Origin: Phycisphaerae bacterium
GTDB lineage: Bacteria; Planctomycetota; Phycisphaerae; UBA1845; Fen-1342
Length of the DNA: 64,000 bases
Reading direction: 5' to 3'
Assembly: GCA_963675745.2 (NCBI GenBank)
Contig: CAXXWX010000002.1
Span: 1-64,000, forward strand
In this document: positions 8,616 to 19,085 of the stretch, in pieces
How the letters are laid out: each line of letters opens with the position of its first letter
Position numbering within the stretch: the stretch's first letter is position 1
Made by a program: the position numbers and the translations under genes
Notes under the pieces: model-generated
What the model saw: only the letters and a program-made list of their open reading frames with translations
Databases searched by the model: none
What the model was told of the DNA's origin: nothing

Positions 8616-9746
8616 ATGGACATGCGATTCACACGATGGATAACGTTGGGTCTGGTCTGCGCTCTGCTGCCGGCCCTGGGACAGGCGCAACCGGGAGAAG
8701 GTCAGCCGCGCGGCCCGCGGGATGGCCGGAGAGCTGATGGCGAGCGACCCGCTCTGTCCCGCCTGGTTCCCCAGTTGGCCGAGGAATTGCAGCTCACCGA
8801 CGATCAGCGCGAGCAAGTGGAGAAGCTGGTCAAGGAGCACGCCGCCAAGCGACGCGCCGATAACCCGCACCGTGGCGAGACACGTGAACTGCTCGAAGCG
8901 CTGCGCGCCGCACAGGATGCCGGCGACGAAGACAAGGTCGCCGAGATCCGCCAGCAATTGCGCGAGCAGCGTCGTGGCGCCGGCCAACCGATGGCGGCGT
9001 TCTTCGACGATCTCGAGGAAATCCTGACCGATGAGCAGAAAGCGAAACTCCCCGATATTCGCGAGCGCCTGATGCGTGGACGCGGCGACGAGCCGCGCGG
9101 CATTTCGCCGGAGTGGCTGCTGAATGAGTTGCCGCAACAGCTCGAACTCACCGATGAGCAGCAGGCACAGTTTGACCAGCTCGCCGCCGAAATGAAGACA
9201 CGTGCAGAAGAGAACCGCGCGCGTAACGCGGATATGCGCACGTTGATGAGTGAGCTGCGTACGGCCCGTCGTGATGGCGATGACGCGCGTGTGCAGGAAC
9301 TCGAAGAACAGCTTCGCGAAAACCGCCCTCACCGTGGCGACCTGGCGCGCGAGTTCCTTGACGAGCTCGAGGGAATTCTGACGGCGGAACAAAAAGACAA
9401 GCTGGCCGAGGCGCTGGCCGAACAGCGTGGCGGCCGGCCAACGAGGGGGGATCCGCGCGCTATCTTTGCGGCGGCGCGCGAACTCGATCTCTCGGCCGAG
9501 CAACGTGAGCAACTCAAGCAAATCGCCGAGGAATCAAGATTGGAGGGGCGTGAGCTTCCGCGCGGTGATCGGGCGGCGATGGCTAAATTTGCCGACTCGG
9601 TCCGCGAGCGGGTCAAGTCCGTGTTGAGCGACGAACAAAACGCGCAGATTGACGACTTGCTCAAGAAGCAGCAACGGCGTCCGCGCGGCGAACCGGGACG
9701 TGAGGGTCGACGGCCGCAACCCCGCGGTGCAGGTGACCGCCCGTAA
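8616..9746 (+). CDS. Secreted Spy/CpxP-like (LTXXQ) protein with three tandem modules
   Basis: AAGGAG RBS, signal peptide (ALGQA), and paired motifs LQLTDDQ/ILTDEQ, LELTDEQ/ILTAEQ, LDLSAEQ/VLSDEQ. Confidence 0.8.
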   Translation: MDMRFTRWITLGLVCALLPALGQAQPGEGQPRGPRDGRRADGERPALSRLVPQLAEELQLTDDQREQVEKLVKEHAAKRRADNPHRGETRELLEALRAAQDAGDEDKVAEIRQQLREQRRGAGQPMAAFFDDLEEILTDEQKAKLPDIRERLMRGRGDEPRGISPEWLLNELPQQLELTDEQQAQFDQLAAEMKTRAEENRARNADMRTLMSELRTARRDGDDARVQELEEQLRENRPHRGDLAREFLDELEGILTAEQKDKLAEALAEQRGGRPTRGDPRAIFAAARELDLSAEQREQLKQIAEESRLEGRELPRGDRAAMAKFADSVRERVKSVLSDEQNAQIDDLLKKQQRRPRGEPGREGRRPQPRGAGDRP

Positions 9747-9789
9747 TACCCGCTCACGGTAGTATGCGCGGCCTGTGTGCCACGTGATT

Positions 9790-9838
9790 AGGGACCGGTT
9801 TCCGGCCTGTCTATCCGACCCGCCGGAGGCCGGTCCCT
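9790..9838. terminator. GC-rich hairpin between convergent genes
   Basis: AGGGACCGGTTTCCGGC...GCCGGAGGCCGGTCCCT stem with a weak U-tract. Confidence 0.45.
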
Positions 9839-9862
9839 CATTTCGGCACCAAAATCAGCCGG

Positions 9863-12178
9863 TCAGCCGAAGATAATCTTCATCAGATCCTGGAAGGTCA
9901 CCAGCACAAAGACGATCAGGAGCAGACTCAGGCCCACCAGTGTGCTGATCATCTGGGTCTTCAGACTAAGCGGCTTGCCCTTGATCTTCTCGATGATGAG
10001 GAAGACCATCACCCCCCCATCCACCACCGGCAAAGGCAGGAAATTCAGTACGGCAAGGTTGAGCGACAGTAATGCCAGGAAGAACAGCAGCTCGGCGAAA
10101 CCGCGTTTCGCGTGGCTGATCGCGATATCGAAAATCCCGATCGGACCGCTGACGGCATCGACAGAAACCTTGGCCCGCAGTAACTGCTTGATTGTGCGAT
10201 AGACCATCAGTACCTGGTAATATGTCAGCTTTACTCCCATCCAGGTGGCGCGCAGCGGATTGCCATGCGCGTTTATCCGCTCCATCAGCCGCTCGTTGGC
10301 CTGATCGAACATGTCGAAGCGAAACATCATCCGCATCTGCCACGGATCGGTGTTGTCTTCGCGCACGACGAACGGCTCCGAGCGGAACTGTTGTCCTGGT
10401 TCGTTGTAGCGCGTGTACGTCAACACGATGGTCTCGCCCACGAGCTCTTCGAGCCGCCGCTTCAGCTTGAACGGCAGGAGCGGCCGAGCCCGGGTGGATT
10501 CGGCGCGCGCCGGCGTGTTGTCGGCGTCGGCCTCTTCGCCGTCGGGTGTGAGAATCTCTATCGACCAGACCAGGGCGTCATCCGGCAGCTTGGCCTCGTT
10601 TACCACACTGCTCGGGATGGACATCTGACCGGTGCCTTCGCGCCCGCCGGCACGATAGCACACCTCGACTCGCTCTCCGGCCAGAGACCTGAGAACCTTG
10701 ACGACGTCATACCAGTCCCGCACCGGCCGGCCCGCAATACTGATCAGCTCCGCCCCGCGCGGCAGGTGCAGTTCCGCCGCCGGCGTGTCGCGCATGGTGT
10801 CGGCGACAACCGCCTGCCGCCCGTCACAGCGAAAACCCAGCCCCACTTGCGGGCGTGAGCTGCGGAACATCCGAAACTTGCTGCGCGGCGTAACGCACAG
10901 CTTGGCCGGCTCGTCGACACCCAGCCGGTCCACGAGCGCGCACACTTCGTGCCCATCATTGGCGGTAATGCTACTGATGATCTCGCTATACAGCGGGTTA
11001 GTGACGGTACCCCATTCCGTGATCACATCACCGACCTGGAAACCGGCCTTTTTGGCCGGATAGCGCGACCCCACCACGGAGATCTGCTGACGCGGCTGAA
11101 ACCCGAGGATGTGCGTATAGTCGTAGTAGTTGGTCGGCGTCGCCTTGGACTCGTCCGCGACCGCAATCGCCAGTGCGGGGCGATGATAGCAGGTGACCGT
11201 TTTTGTCGGGCTATCGCGCTTCTCCGGATCCTCCGGGCGCTCCACTGTAAGTTCCAGAATATCGCCATTGCTTTCACGAAACAGACGCTGGATATCCGTG
11301 TGGCGCGCCACCGGTTGGCCGGAGACTTGCGTGATGATGTCACCGGCTTTCAACGTCTCGCGGCCGGCCAGCGGCAACGCGTCGACGAGGACCTTGGTCG
11401 TCACCGCCGACATCAGCCCCGCGCTGCGCATGCCCGTCTCGGCATCGACCTGGGTGTGTACGATGATGTCATCCGCCAGCGGCTCGCCGTTGCGTTCAAC
11501 CTTGAGCCGCAGGTCGTCATAGAGAATCTCGGCCTGCTCGACGTCGAGGTAGGAATCCACGCGTCGCCCGTTGATTGCGGTGACGCGGTCGCCTGCTTGC
11601 AGGCCCGCGGCTTCGGCGGAACTCATCGGCACGACTTGGCCTATTATTGGCGCGGGCATTTCCAGCCCGATCAAAAACACCCACATGAACAGGAAGGCGG
11701 CGAACAACAGGTTGAAAATCACACCCGCCGAGACGATTACCATGCGGTGGCTGACGGGCCGGTTGGTGAAGGCGCGCGGATCATCGGTCATGGTGACCGC
11801 GCCGGTCTGCTCGTCGATGAGAATATCGTCCTGGCCGAGCATCTTGACGTAGCCGCCCAACGGCAGGGCGCGAAAGCAATAATCGGTTTCGCTCCAGCCG
11901 CGCTCCTGCATCTCCTCAGCACTGAAGTTCGCGCCGGCCCCCCAGGTGAAACCCTCACCCGCCCGGTAGCCGAACAGGCGCGGGCCAAACCCGATCGAGA
12001 ACCGATCAACGCGCACGCCGCACCACTTCGCGAACAGGAAGTGTCCCAGCTCGTGTACGAAGATGATGATCGAAAACCCGATCAACACTTGCAGAAAGGC
12101 GATGATGTTGGCCTGCCAGACCTGCAAGTCGATGGCGGCCAGTAGCGCGCCGCCCGGTTGCCCTAGACCTTCAAGCAT
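9863..12178 (-). CDS. rseP: RIP metalloprotease RseP (M50) with multiple PDZ domains
   Basis: HELGH, LPLGGYVKM, NFLPLPVVDGG, PDZ-like GLQAGD/GFQVGD segments; follows dxr. Confidence 0.92.
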   Translation of the reverse strand: MLEGLGQPGGALLAAIDLQVWQANIIAFLQVLIGFSIIIFVHELGHFLFAKWCGVRVDRFSIGFGPRLFGYRAGEGFTWGAGANFSAEEMQERGWSETDYCFRALPLGGYVKMLGQDDILIDEQTGAVTMTDDPRAFTNRPVSHRMVIVSAGVIFNLLFAAFLFMWVFLIGLEMPAPIIGQVVPMSSAEAAGLQAGDRVTAINGRRVDSYLDVEQAEILYDDLRLKVERNGEPLADDIIVHTQVDAETGMRSAGLMSAVTTKVLVDALPLAGRETLKAGDIITQVSGQPVARHTDIQRLFRESNGDILELTVERPEDPEKRDSPTKTVTCYHRPALAIAVADESKATPTNYYDYTHILGFQPRQQISVVGSRYPAKKAGFQVGDVITEWGTVTNPLYSEIISSITANDGHEVCALVDRLGVDEPAKLCVTPRSKFRMFRSSRPQVGLGFRCDGRQAVVADTMRDTPAAELHLPRGAELISIAGRPVRDWYDVVKVLRSLAGERVEVCYRAGGREGTGQMSIPSSVVNEAKLPDDALVWSIEILTPDGEEADADNTPARAESTRARPLLPFKLKRRLEELVGETIVLTYTRYNEPGQQFRSEPFVVREDNTDPWQMRMMFRFDMFDQANERLMERINAHGNPLRATWMGVKLTYYQVLMVYRTIKQLLRAKVSVDAVSGPIGIFDIAISHAKRGFAELLFFLALLSLNLAVLNFLPLPVVDGGVMVFLIIEKIKGKPLSLKTQMISTLVGLSLLLIVFVLVTFQDLMKIIFG

Positions 12179-13311
12179 TCAGTTACCTCTCGGCGAGCCC
12201 AGGCGTCACACTCCAGTAGCTGCGTGATGTCGGGCCGCGCGATGCAATCGTGGCGTTTCATAACCTCGGCGGTTACGGCGGTGATGTCGACGAAGCGTAA
12301 CTCCCCGTCACGAAAACGCTGCACGGCGGCCTCGTTCGCCGCATTCAGCACGGCACCGCAGCTACCTCCCATTCTCGCCGCGGTCATGCCCAGCTCGAGC
12401 GCGGGAAAGCGCTGCGAATCCGACGGCTCAAAGTGCAGGCTAACCGCCTCGCGCCACCCCAGCGGCGGGGCAATCCCCGAGGCCCGGGCGGGGTACGTAA
12501 TAGCATATTGTATGGGCGTGCGCATGTCAGGTGTGCCCAGTTGCGCGATCACGGCCCCATCCACGTATTCGACCATCGAGTGCACAATCGACTCGGGGTG
12601 GATCAACACCTTGATTCGATCGGGGTCAATGTTGAAGAGATAGTGTGCCTCGATGATCTCCAGGGCCTTGTTCATCATGGTGGCGCTGTCGATCGTGATT
12701 TTTGGCCCCATCGACCACGTCGGGTGGTTGAGCGCGTCATCCAGCGTGGCGTTCTCGATCTGCGCGCGGGTCCAGGTGCGAAACGGGCCGCCGGACGCCG
12801 TCAGGTAGATGCAGCGCACCTCCTCGTGCTGGCCGCTGTGCAACGCCTGGAAGATGGCGGAGTGTTCGCTGTCGACCGGAATCAACGTGCTGCCGGTCTT
12901 CTCGGCCAGCGGCATGATGATCGCGCCGGCGACAACCAGCGATTCCTTGTTCGCCAGGCCGACATCCAGACCACGTTCGACGGCGGCCAGCGTCGCCGGC
13001 AGGCCCGCGGCGCCCACGATCGCCGCGAGCACATAGTCGGCGTCCGTCTCCCGGACCAGTTCCACCAGACCAGGGGCGCCAGTGTGGACTCTCGTGTTGG
13101 GCGTGCAGGATTGGCGCAGCGCGTCCGCGTGTCGCTCGTCGGCGATCGCAACGGACCGTACATCGAAGCGCCGGGCCTGCTCGGACAGCAACTGCCAATT
13201 GTGCTTGGCGGCCAGGCCGACAACGCGCACGTCGTCCGGCAGGGATGCCACCACATCAAGCGCAGACTGTCCAATCGACCCGGTGGAACCCAGGACAATA
13301 ATACGTCGCAT
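12163..13311 (-). CDS. dxr: 1-deoxy-D-xylulose 5-phosphate reductoisomerase
   Basis: LGSTGSIG, LANKESL, PVDSEHSA, TASGGPF, HPTWSMGPKITIDSATMMNK. Confidence 0.98.
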   Translation of the reverse strand: MRRIIVLGSTGSIGQSALDVVASLPDDVRVVGLAAKHNWQLLSEQARRFDVRSVAIADERHADALRQSCTPNTRVHTGAPGLVELVRETDADYVLAAIVGAAGLPATLAAVERGLDVGLANKESLVVAGAIIMPLAEKTGSTLIPVDSEHSAIFQALHSGQHEEVRCIYLTASGGPFRTWTRAQIENATLDDALNHPTWSMGPKITIDSATMMNKALEIIEAHYLFNIDPDRIKVLIHPESIVHSMVEYVDGAVIAQLGTPDMRTPIQYAITYPARASGIAPPLGWREAVSLHFEPSDSQRFPALELGMTAARMGGSCGAVLNAANEAAVQRFRDGELRFVDITAVTAEVMKRHDCIARPDITQLLECDAWARREVTECLKV

Positions 13312-13481
13312 GACCCGGCACTATAAGCCTCATCGCGCGGTGTGTACATGACCGCGGCGGCGCTTCATCCGACACACGCACTGGCCGGCGCGATATCCCG
13401 CCCAGCGTCGCGGTTTTCGCATTTACGGCCAATCCCGCCGCGGTGCCCCCCACACTTCACGGGGCTGCATCACTGAAGCGG

Positions 13482-14483
13482 TCACGCGTCGCCGATCTGC
13501 TGACGATACCAGTTCACCGTTGCCGGAATGCCCTGATCGTAGGTGACTGTCGGCTGCCAGCCGAGGATCTTGCGTGCTTTTTCGGCCGAGAAGAAGGAAC
13601 GCCGGCCCATCAGCCAGACCGCGTAGCGCGTGATGAAGGGCGGTTTCTTCCAGCCGAACAAATGCCCCAGAATCTCGAGCAGGTGGCCTACGCGATACGC
13701 CACCGCATAGGGAACTCTGCGCGTCACGCGCGGCGCGCCAATCGCCTCGGCCATGCGGTCAAAGAACTCCTGCTGGGTTATGTTCCCGTCGTTGCTGCAA
13801 TTGAAAACCTCTCCCGCGGCCTCGGGCAGGCCGGCAGCCTTGATCGCGGCTTCCGCCACGTTGCCGGCGTAGACTAGATTCAGGCGATTGTCACCTTTGC
13901 CGAGAATCTTGGCCCGGCCGGTCTTGATCATGCGATACAGGCGCGCGATCGACGCGCGATCGCGCGGACCGTAGATCCACGCCGGCCGAATCACGGTAAC
14001 CGTGATCTTGCCCTCGGCGTGGTAGCGTTTGACCATCTCCTCGACAATGTGCTTGGAGCGGCTGTAATAGGCCCACTTGTACAAGCCAAAGGCGGTGGGC
14101 GAGGTCTCATCCAGCGTGATCGGTTCGGTGTAATAGCCGAAGACGCTGATGGAGCTGATGTGCAGGAAGCGTTTGACGCCGGCGGCCACGGCGGCGTCGA
14201 GCATGTTGCGCGTGCCATCAATTGTGTAGCGCTGGAACTCCTCCCATGGCCCCCAATCGCCGACCTTCGCGGCTGAGTGGTAGACGGTGTGCACACCGTC
14301 GCACGCGCGCGACAGCGCGTCCTGATCGGTAAGCTCACCTTCAGCGAACTCGACGTTCTGTGACTGGAGCCAGTTACGGTCGCTCGAAGGGCGCACGAGC
14401 GCGCGCACGGGCTCCCCGGCCGCCCGCAGTTTCTCGACTATGTGACTGCCAAGCAGCCCGGTTGCACCAGTAATCAGGTTCAT
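13482..14483 (-). CDS. NAD-dependent epimerase/dehydratase (3-beta-HSD-like extended SDR)
   Basis: ITGATGLLG, YSRSK, RPAWIYGP. Start re-called at ATG 14483. Confidence 0.88.
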   Translation of the reverse strand: MNLITGATGLLGSHIVEKLRAAGEPVRALVRPSSDRNWLQSQNVEFAEGELTDQDALSRACDGVHTVYHSAAKVGDWGPWEEFQRYTIDGTRNMLDAAVAAGVKRFLHISSISVFGYYTEPITLDETSPTAFGLYKWAYYSRSKHIVEEMVKRYHAEGKITVTVIRPAWIYGPRDRASIARLYRMIKTGRAKILGKGDNRLNLVYAGNVAEAAIKAAGLPEAAGEVFNCSNDGNITQQEFFDRMAEAIGAPRVTRRVPYAVAYRVGHLLEILGHLFGWKKPPFITRYAVWLMGRRSFFSAEKARKILGWQPTVTYDQGIPATVNWYRQQIGDA

Positions 14484-14851
14484 GCAAGGCCCGCCAACTT
14501 TATGGTCTGTCCAAAAACGCCTTGGCCCGGTCGTCAACCTCGCCGCACCGACGCCCAGATAGTCCAGTGTCTGCCGGGGCGCTCCTGCAAATCTGGGGAT
14601 GCACTAATCGGGCGCGCGTGGCCATGCGCAGGGCCAGTTCTGATGACTCGACTGCCCTGGCGTGCAATACCGTCGCCACGCTCATTGCACGCCATCCCGA
14701 TAACTGGAGTAAAGCGTGGAGGGGGCAGCCTTCCAAGGCGGCGTATGCTAGCCGGTCGATTATCCGCTCGCAAGGGAGCATCATGCCGTGGCAACGGTCG
14801 CGAGTGTGGTAGATCCTGGACACGCGGCACGTGTCGATCTGATGCGGGCGT

Positions 14852-14880
14852 TTGACAGCCCGGCGGCGGTTCGCTAGGCT
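14852..14880 (+). promoter_or_regulatory. Sigma70-type promoter for rpmH
   Basis: TTGACA-N17-TAGGCT, 80 bp upstream of the rpmH start. Confidence 0.65.
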
Positions 14881-14960
14881 GAAGGGTCTTACTCGGCGCG
14901 CGTCGGCAGGGCCGTCGCGCCGGCCGTGTACTGGTACCGTAATCGCGAATTTGGTGAGAC

Positions 14961-15095
14961 ATGCACTACCCGCATCGCATCAGCAAGATCAAACGCAAAC
15001 GCACGTGCGGCTTCCGCGCCCGGATGCGCACGCACTCGGGGCGCAAGCTGATCAACCGCAAGCGCCGCCTGGGTCGTCGCGTAAGCGTCGCCTAG
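14961..15095 (+). CDS. rpmH: 50S ribosomal protein L34
   Basis: Manual translation MHYPHRISKIKRKRTCGFRARMRTHSGRKLINRKRRLGRRVSVA (44 aa) carries the L34 GFRARM.T..GR signature. Below the ORF-track length cut-off. Confidence 0.93.
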   Translation: MHYPHRISKIKRKRTCGFRARMRTHSGRKLINRKRRLGRRVSVA

Positions 15096-15618
15096 CCGCG
15101 CCGTTTGGCGACCAGGCGCGTCGGTACTATTCGGCGCGCCGGCGCAACACCCCACCCTGGCGACGCGAGGTCTTCGGCGCAGCAGCTCAGCGTCCCGAGG
15201 CCGCCCGCGACGCACGTCCCAGCCATGAGCAGCCAGCAATCAGAATCGCTCCGGTAATCAGTCGCTGCGGAACGCCGCCCATCGTCGCAATTGCGTCCCA
15301 TAACATCTGTTTTAAAACCTGTCGTCGGCAGTTTTGTCGCGGATTGTAGGGCTGGTAGCCGTCAACCGCCAAGCGCTGCTAACATCGAGGTTGGCCGGGC
15401 AGTTGTGGGGCAAACAGTACTCATGCTCGACATATCGTTGCCCCTCGTATGCTTGAGGGCGGAATGAAGCACCACTCGCCGTTTAGGCCGACCCGTATCC
15501 GGCAGGCGCACTGCGCGCGTCCGGATGGACCATTCATCCGATCTTGTTCATGGTGGCCCCATCAGAGGGCCCGCGGCCGGATGCTCGGTCGCCAAACCCC
15601 GTGCGGAGGTTTCACGCA

Positions 15619-18600
15619 ATGATCAGTTCGAGACATGCGAAGTCACGGCAACGTCGCGCCGGGGCGATTATGGCGGCCTGCGTTCTGCTTGTCGCGTTAC
15701 CCCTGGCGGGTGCGGAGACGATACCGTTTCGGGCCGGCGCGGTTGAGCTGAACACGGGCGGCATGGCTCAGCCGGTCGGCGAGACGCTGCGCGAGCTGGC
15801 CGCCAGCGCTAGTGTCCAGCGGGTGGTGATCCAGTTCGATGCTGCGTTGGGAAACGCGCAGCGCGAGCAACTGGCCCAGGCCGGCGTGACGCTATTGGCG
15901 CCGCTCGGCGGCCACGCGTATTTTGCCACCGTAGACGGTCACGCGCTGAACGCACCCGCCGTTGAACGCCTCACGCCCAACGCCGCGGCGCAGCTCATCC
16001 AACCCGAATGGAAACTGCACGCAACTTTGGCCGCCGGCAGCGTTCCCGCGCACGCCGTTCTGGACGACAGTGTTCCGGAGAACCCGCTCGTGGCGGCGTA
16101 CGTGATGTTCCATCGCGATGTTGACGTGGAACTCGCCGGCGTCGACGCGGTGGCGGCACAGGGCGCGATCATCCGTGATCTGGTCACCGCGAACAACAGC
16201 CTTGTGGTCGAGGCGCCGCTCGATCGTCTGGTGGACATCGCGGATGACGATCGTGTGCAGTGGGTCGAACCAGCCCTGCCGCGCTTCAGCACACTGAATG
16301 CCGAGAACCGCGTGATCACGCAGGCGAATACGGCACAGGCCGCCCCCTACAACCTCGACGGCACCGGCGTTGACGTTCTGGTCTATGACGGCGGCACGGC
16401 CCGCGCGACGCACGTCGATTTTGGTGGCCGACTCACCACTCACGACGGTTCCACCTTGAGCGATCACTCGACCCATGTGGCCGGCACAATCGGCGGCGAC
16501 GGCACCGCCAGCGGCGGCACCGAACGCGGCATGGCCCCGAACGTCACGATGGTCTCTTACGGATTCGAGTACGACGGTAGCGGCATTTTTCTGTACAGCA
16601 ACCCCGGCGATATTCAGGCGGATTACACCCAGGCCATCGACGTTTACGGCGCCGACATCGCCAACAACTCGATCGGCACGAATACGGAGACCAACGGCTT
16701 TGCCTGCTCGATTCAAGGCGACTACGGCACGACTTCCAATCTGATTGACTCGATCGTGCGCGGCAGCCTGGGCGAGCCGTTTCGTGTCATCTGGGCCGCC
16801 GGCAACGAGCGTCAGGGCAGTCGCTGCGATGTCGAGGGTTATGGTGACTACTACAGCACCGCCCCGCCGGGCGGCGCGAAGAACCACATCGCGGTCGGCG
16901 CGCTCAACGCCGATACCGACGGCATGACGAGCTTCTCGAGTTGGGGGCCGACGGATGATGGCCGCCTGAAGCCGGACATCAGTGCCCCGGGCTGCGAAGC
17001 CGGCGGCGACGGCGGTGTGTACTCGACCTCTTCGGCCAGCGACACAGCCTATACCACCAAGTGCGGCACATCGATGGCGTCGCCAACCGTTTGCGGCCTG
17101 GCGGCCCTGATGCTCCAGGACTTCCGCGTCCAGTTCGCGGGTGATCCCGATCCGCGAAACTCGACACTCAAGGTACTGCTGGCCCACAACGCCGTCGATC
17201 GCGGCAACGTCGGCCCGGACTATCAATACGGCTACGGCTCGGTGCGTGTCGTTGACACGATCGATCACATGCGCACCGGCAACTTCCTGGAAGACGAAGT
17301 TGAACAGGGCGTGGTCGCCGCGTTTGACGTGGTGGTCAATCCCGGCGACCCCGAGTTCAAAGTGACGCTTGCCTGGGACGACTTCCCCGGCACGCCGAAC
17401 GTCAACCCCGCGCTGGTCAACGATCTCGACCTGCGCGTCTACGATCCAAACAGCAACCAGCACTTCCCCTGGACGCTGAATCCGACGAGCCCGTCATCGG
17501 CGGCGGTGCAGACTCAGGCCAACCATGTTGACAACATCGAGCAGGTCTACGCGAGCAGCCCGATGTCGGGAACCTGGCGCGTCGAAGTGGTCGGATTCGA
17601 TGTACCCGAGGGCCCGCAGGTGTTCTCCCTGTGTGCGTCGGGCATGATCATCTTCCCGCCCAACGTCAGCGTCGGCCTGCCGGACGGCACACCCGCCGTG
17701 CTCGAACCGGGTGTTGCGGAGACCGTCACGGTGCGCGTGAAAGCGGTCAATGACACGGTTGTCGCCAGCAGCGAAACGCTGCACGTGCGCTATGACGGCG
17801 GCACGTGGCTGACTATGCCGCTGGTCTCGATCGGTGGCGAGTACTACGAGGCCACGCTTCCGCCGGCCGCCTGCACGGCGACGCCCGAGTTCTACTTCAC
17901 CGCGGAAGGTGCGACGTCGGGTCTGGCGTCGAACCCGCCGACGGCCCCCGCCGATGTCTTCACCGCCATCGTTGGCACGACGAGCATCGTGTGGGAAGAC
18001 GATTTCGAGACTGACAAGGGCTGGTCGGTCACCAACGACCCGAACCTGACCGACGGCCCGTGGGACCGTGGTGTGCCCGTGGGCGGCGGCGATCGTGGCG
18101 ATCCGGCCACTGACTGGGACGGGTCGGGACAATGTTTCCTGACCGACAACGTCGATGACAACTCCGACGTGGACGGCGGCCGCACGTGGCTGATCTCGCC
18201 GATAATAGACCTGTCAGGCGGCAACGCCGACGTCGAGTTCGCCATCTGGTACTCGAACAATTATGGCGACGATCCGCATAACGATCTGTTCCACGTGTAT
18301 GTCTCGAACACGGCCGGCTTGAACTGGTCGAACTTCCTCACGCTCGGTCCGCAAAGCCCGTCGCGCTGGGATGTGTTCAGCTATGATGTCGCATCGCTGA
18401 TCACGCCGAATGCCAACATGCGTTTCCGTTTCGAGGCGTCTGATCTGAACTCCGGGTCGGTGGTTGAAGCCGGCGTGGATGCGTTCAAGATATCGCGGTT
18501 CGATTGCACGGCCGCGATCGAGGACTGCAACGCCAACGGCATCGCCGACAGCGACGATATTGCCAGCGGCCGATCGGCGGATGACAACACCAACAACGTG

Positions 18601-18831
18601 CCGGATGAGTGCGAAGACGACTGCGCCGGCTTCACCGTGGGTGACACCAACTGCGACGGGCTCGTCAACAACGGCGACATCGATGCGTTCGTGCTGGCGG
18701 TTACCGACCCGAGCGGATACGACGCCGCCTTCCCGGCGTGCAGCGCGCCGTGTACGGCGGACATCAACGATGACGGTTTCGTGAACAACGCCGACATCGA
18801 CGGTTTCGTCGCCCTGCTCGGGGCAAAGTAG
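15619..18831 (+). CDS. Secreted S8 subtilase with C-terminal beta-sandwich domains and a dockerin-like tail
   Basis: GGAGG RBS, signal peptide, triad VYDGG / HSTHVAGT / GTSMASP, WAAGN, LVNDLDL, DCNANG motif, and paired GDTNCDG..NNGDID / ADINDDG..NNADID repeats. Confidence 0.92.
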   Translation: MISSRHAKSRQRRAGAIMAACVLLVALPLAGAETIPFRAGAVELNTGGMAQPVGETLRELAASASVQRVVIQFDAALGNAQREQLAQAGVTLLAPLGGHAYFATVDGHALNAPAVERLTPNAAAQLIQPEWKLHATLAAGSVPAHAVLDDSVPENPLVAAYVMFHRDVDVELAGVDAVAAQGAIIRDLVTANNSLVVEAPLDRLVDIADDDRVQWVEPALPRFSTLNAENRVITQANTAQAAPYNLDGTGVDVLVYDGGTARATHVDFGGRLTTHDGSTLSDHSTHVAGTIGGDGTASGGTERGMAPNVTMVSYGFEYDGSGIFLYSNPGDIQADYTQAIDVYGADIANNSIGTNTETNGFACSIQGDYGTTSNLIDSIVRGSLGEPFRVIWAAGNERQGSRCDVEGYGDYYSTAPPGGAKNHIAVGALNADTDGMTSFSSWGPTDDGRLKPDISAPGCEAGGDGGVYSTSSASDTAYTTKCGTSMASPTVCGLAALMLQDFRVQFAGDPDPRNSTLKVLLAHNAVDRGNVGPDYQYGYGSVRVVDTIDHMRTGNFLEDEVEQGVVAAFDVVVNPGDPEFKVTLAWDDFPGTPNVNPALVNDLDLRVYDPNSNQHFPWTLNPTSPSSAAVQTQANHVDNIEQVYASSPMSGTWRVEVVGFDVPEGPQVFSLCASGMIIFPPNVSVGLPDGTPAVLEPGVAETVTVRVKAVNDTVVASSETLHVRYDGGTWLTMPLVSIGGEYYEATLPPAACTATPEFYFTAEGATSGLASNPPTAPADVFTAIVGTTSIVWEDDFETDKGWSVTNDPNLTDGPWDRGVPVGGGDRGDPATDWDGSGQCFLTDNVDDNSDVDGGRTWLISPIIDLSGGNADVEFAIWYSNNYGDDPHNDLFHVYVSNTAGLNWSNFLTLGPQSPSRWDVFSYDVASLITPNANMRFRFEASDLNSGSVVEAGVDAFKISRFDCTAAIEDCNANGIADSDDIASGRSADDNTNNVPDECEDDCAGFTVGDTNCDGLVNNGDIDAFVLAVTDPSGYDAAFPACSAPCTADINDDGFVNNADIDGFVALLGAK

Positions 18832-18872
18832 CGGCAGAAAATCCCAATCGGCCTCGACGCGCAGCAGCCGCC

Positions 18873-19085
18873 GTAGCGGCCTGCGCCTCGCAGGCCGTCG
18901 CAGTCGAGTTTGCATCGGCCACGCGAAAGAACTCGTCGTAGCGCGTGGCGACGGCTGGCGATCGGGCACGTGCGTGGCGGTTCGGTCCTACACTGCTCAA
19001 GAGCAGTGGCACCCGGGGCAAAGTGGCGGCCGACGCGGAAGCTGTGGCACAGGTTTGTAACCTGTGGCAACCACCGGTTGAAAAC
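18873..19085. repeat. Cluster of three REP-like palindrome families
   Basis: GTAGCGGCCTGCGCCTCGCAGGCCG (18873-18897), CACTGCTCAAGAGCAGTGGCAC (18991-19012), TGTGGCACAGGTTTGTAACCTGTG (19043-19066), plus the left half of the REP interrupted by the IS. Confidence 0.8.

Noticed and set aside
14484..14960. oriC, or yidD/rnpA, next to rpmH
   Set aside because: I saw no TTATCCACA DnaA-box cluster and no dnaA, and the short ORFs here lack recognisable motifs.
15892..17463. Long antisense ORFs (for example 15892-17463, 36562-38061, 19164-20420, 57611-58819)
   Set aside because: They are shadow frames of well-supported genes in high-GC DNA and contain no recognisable motifs.
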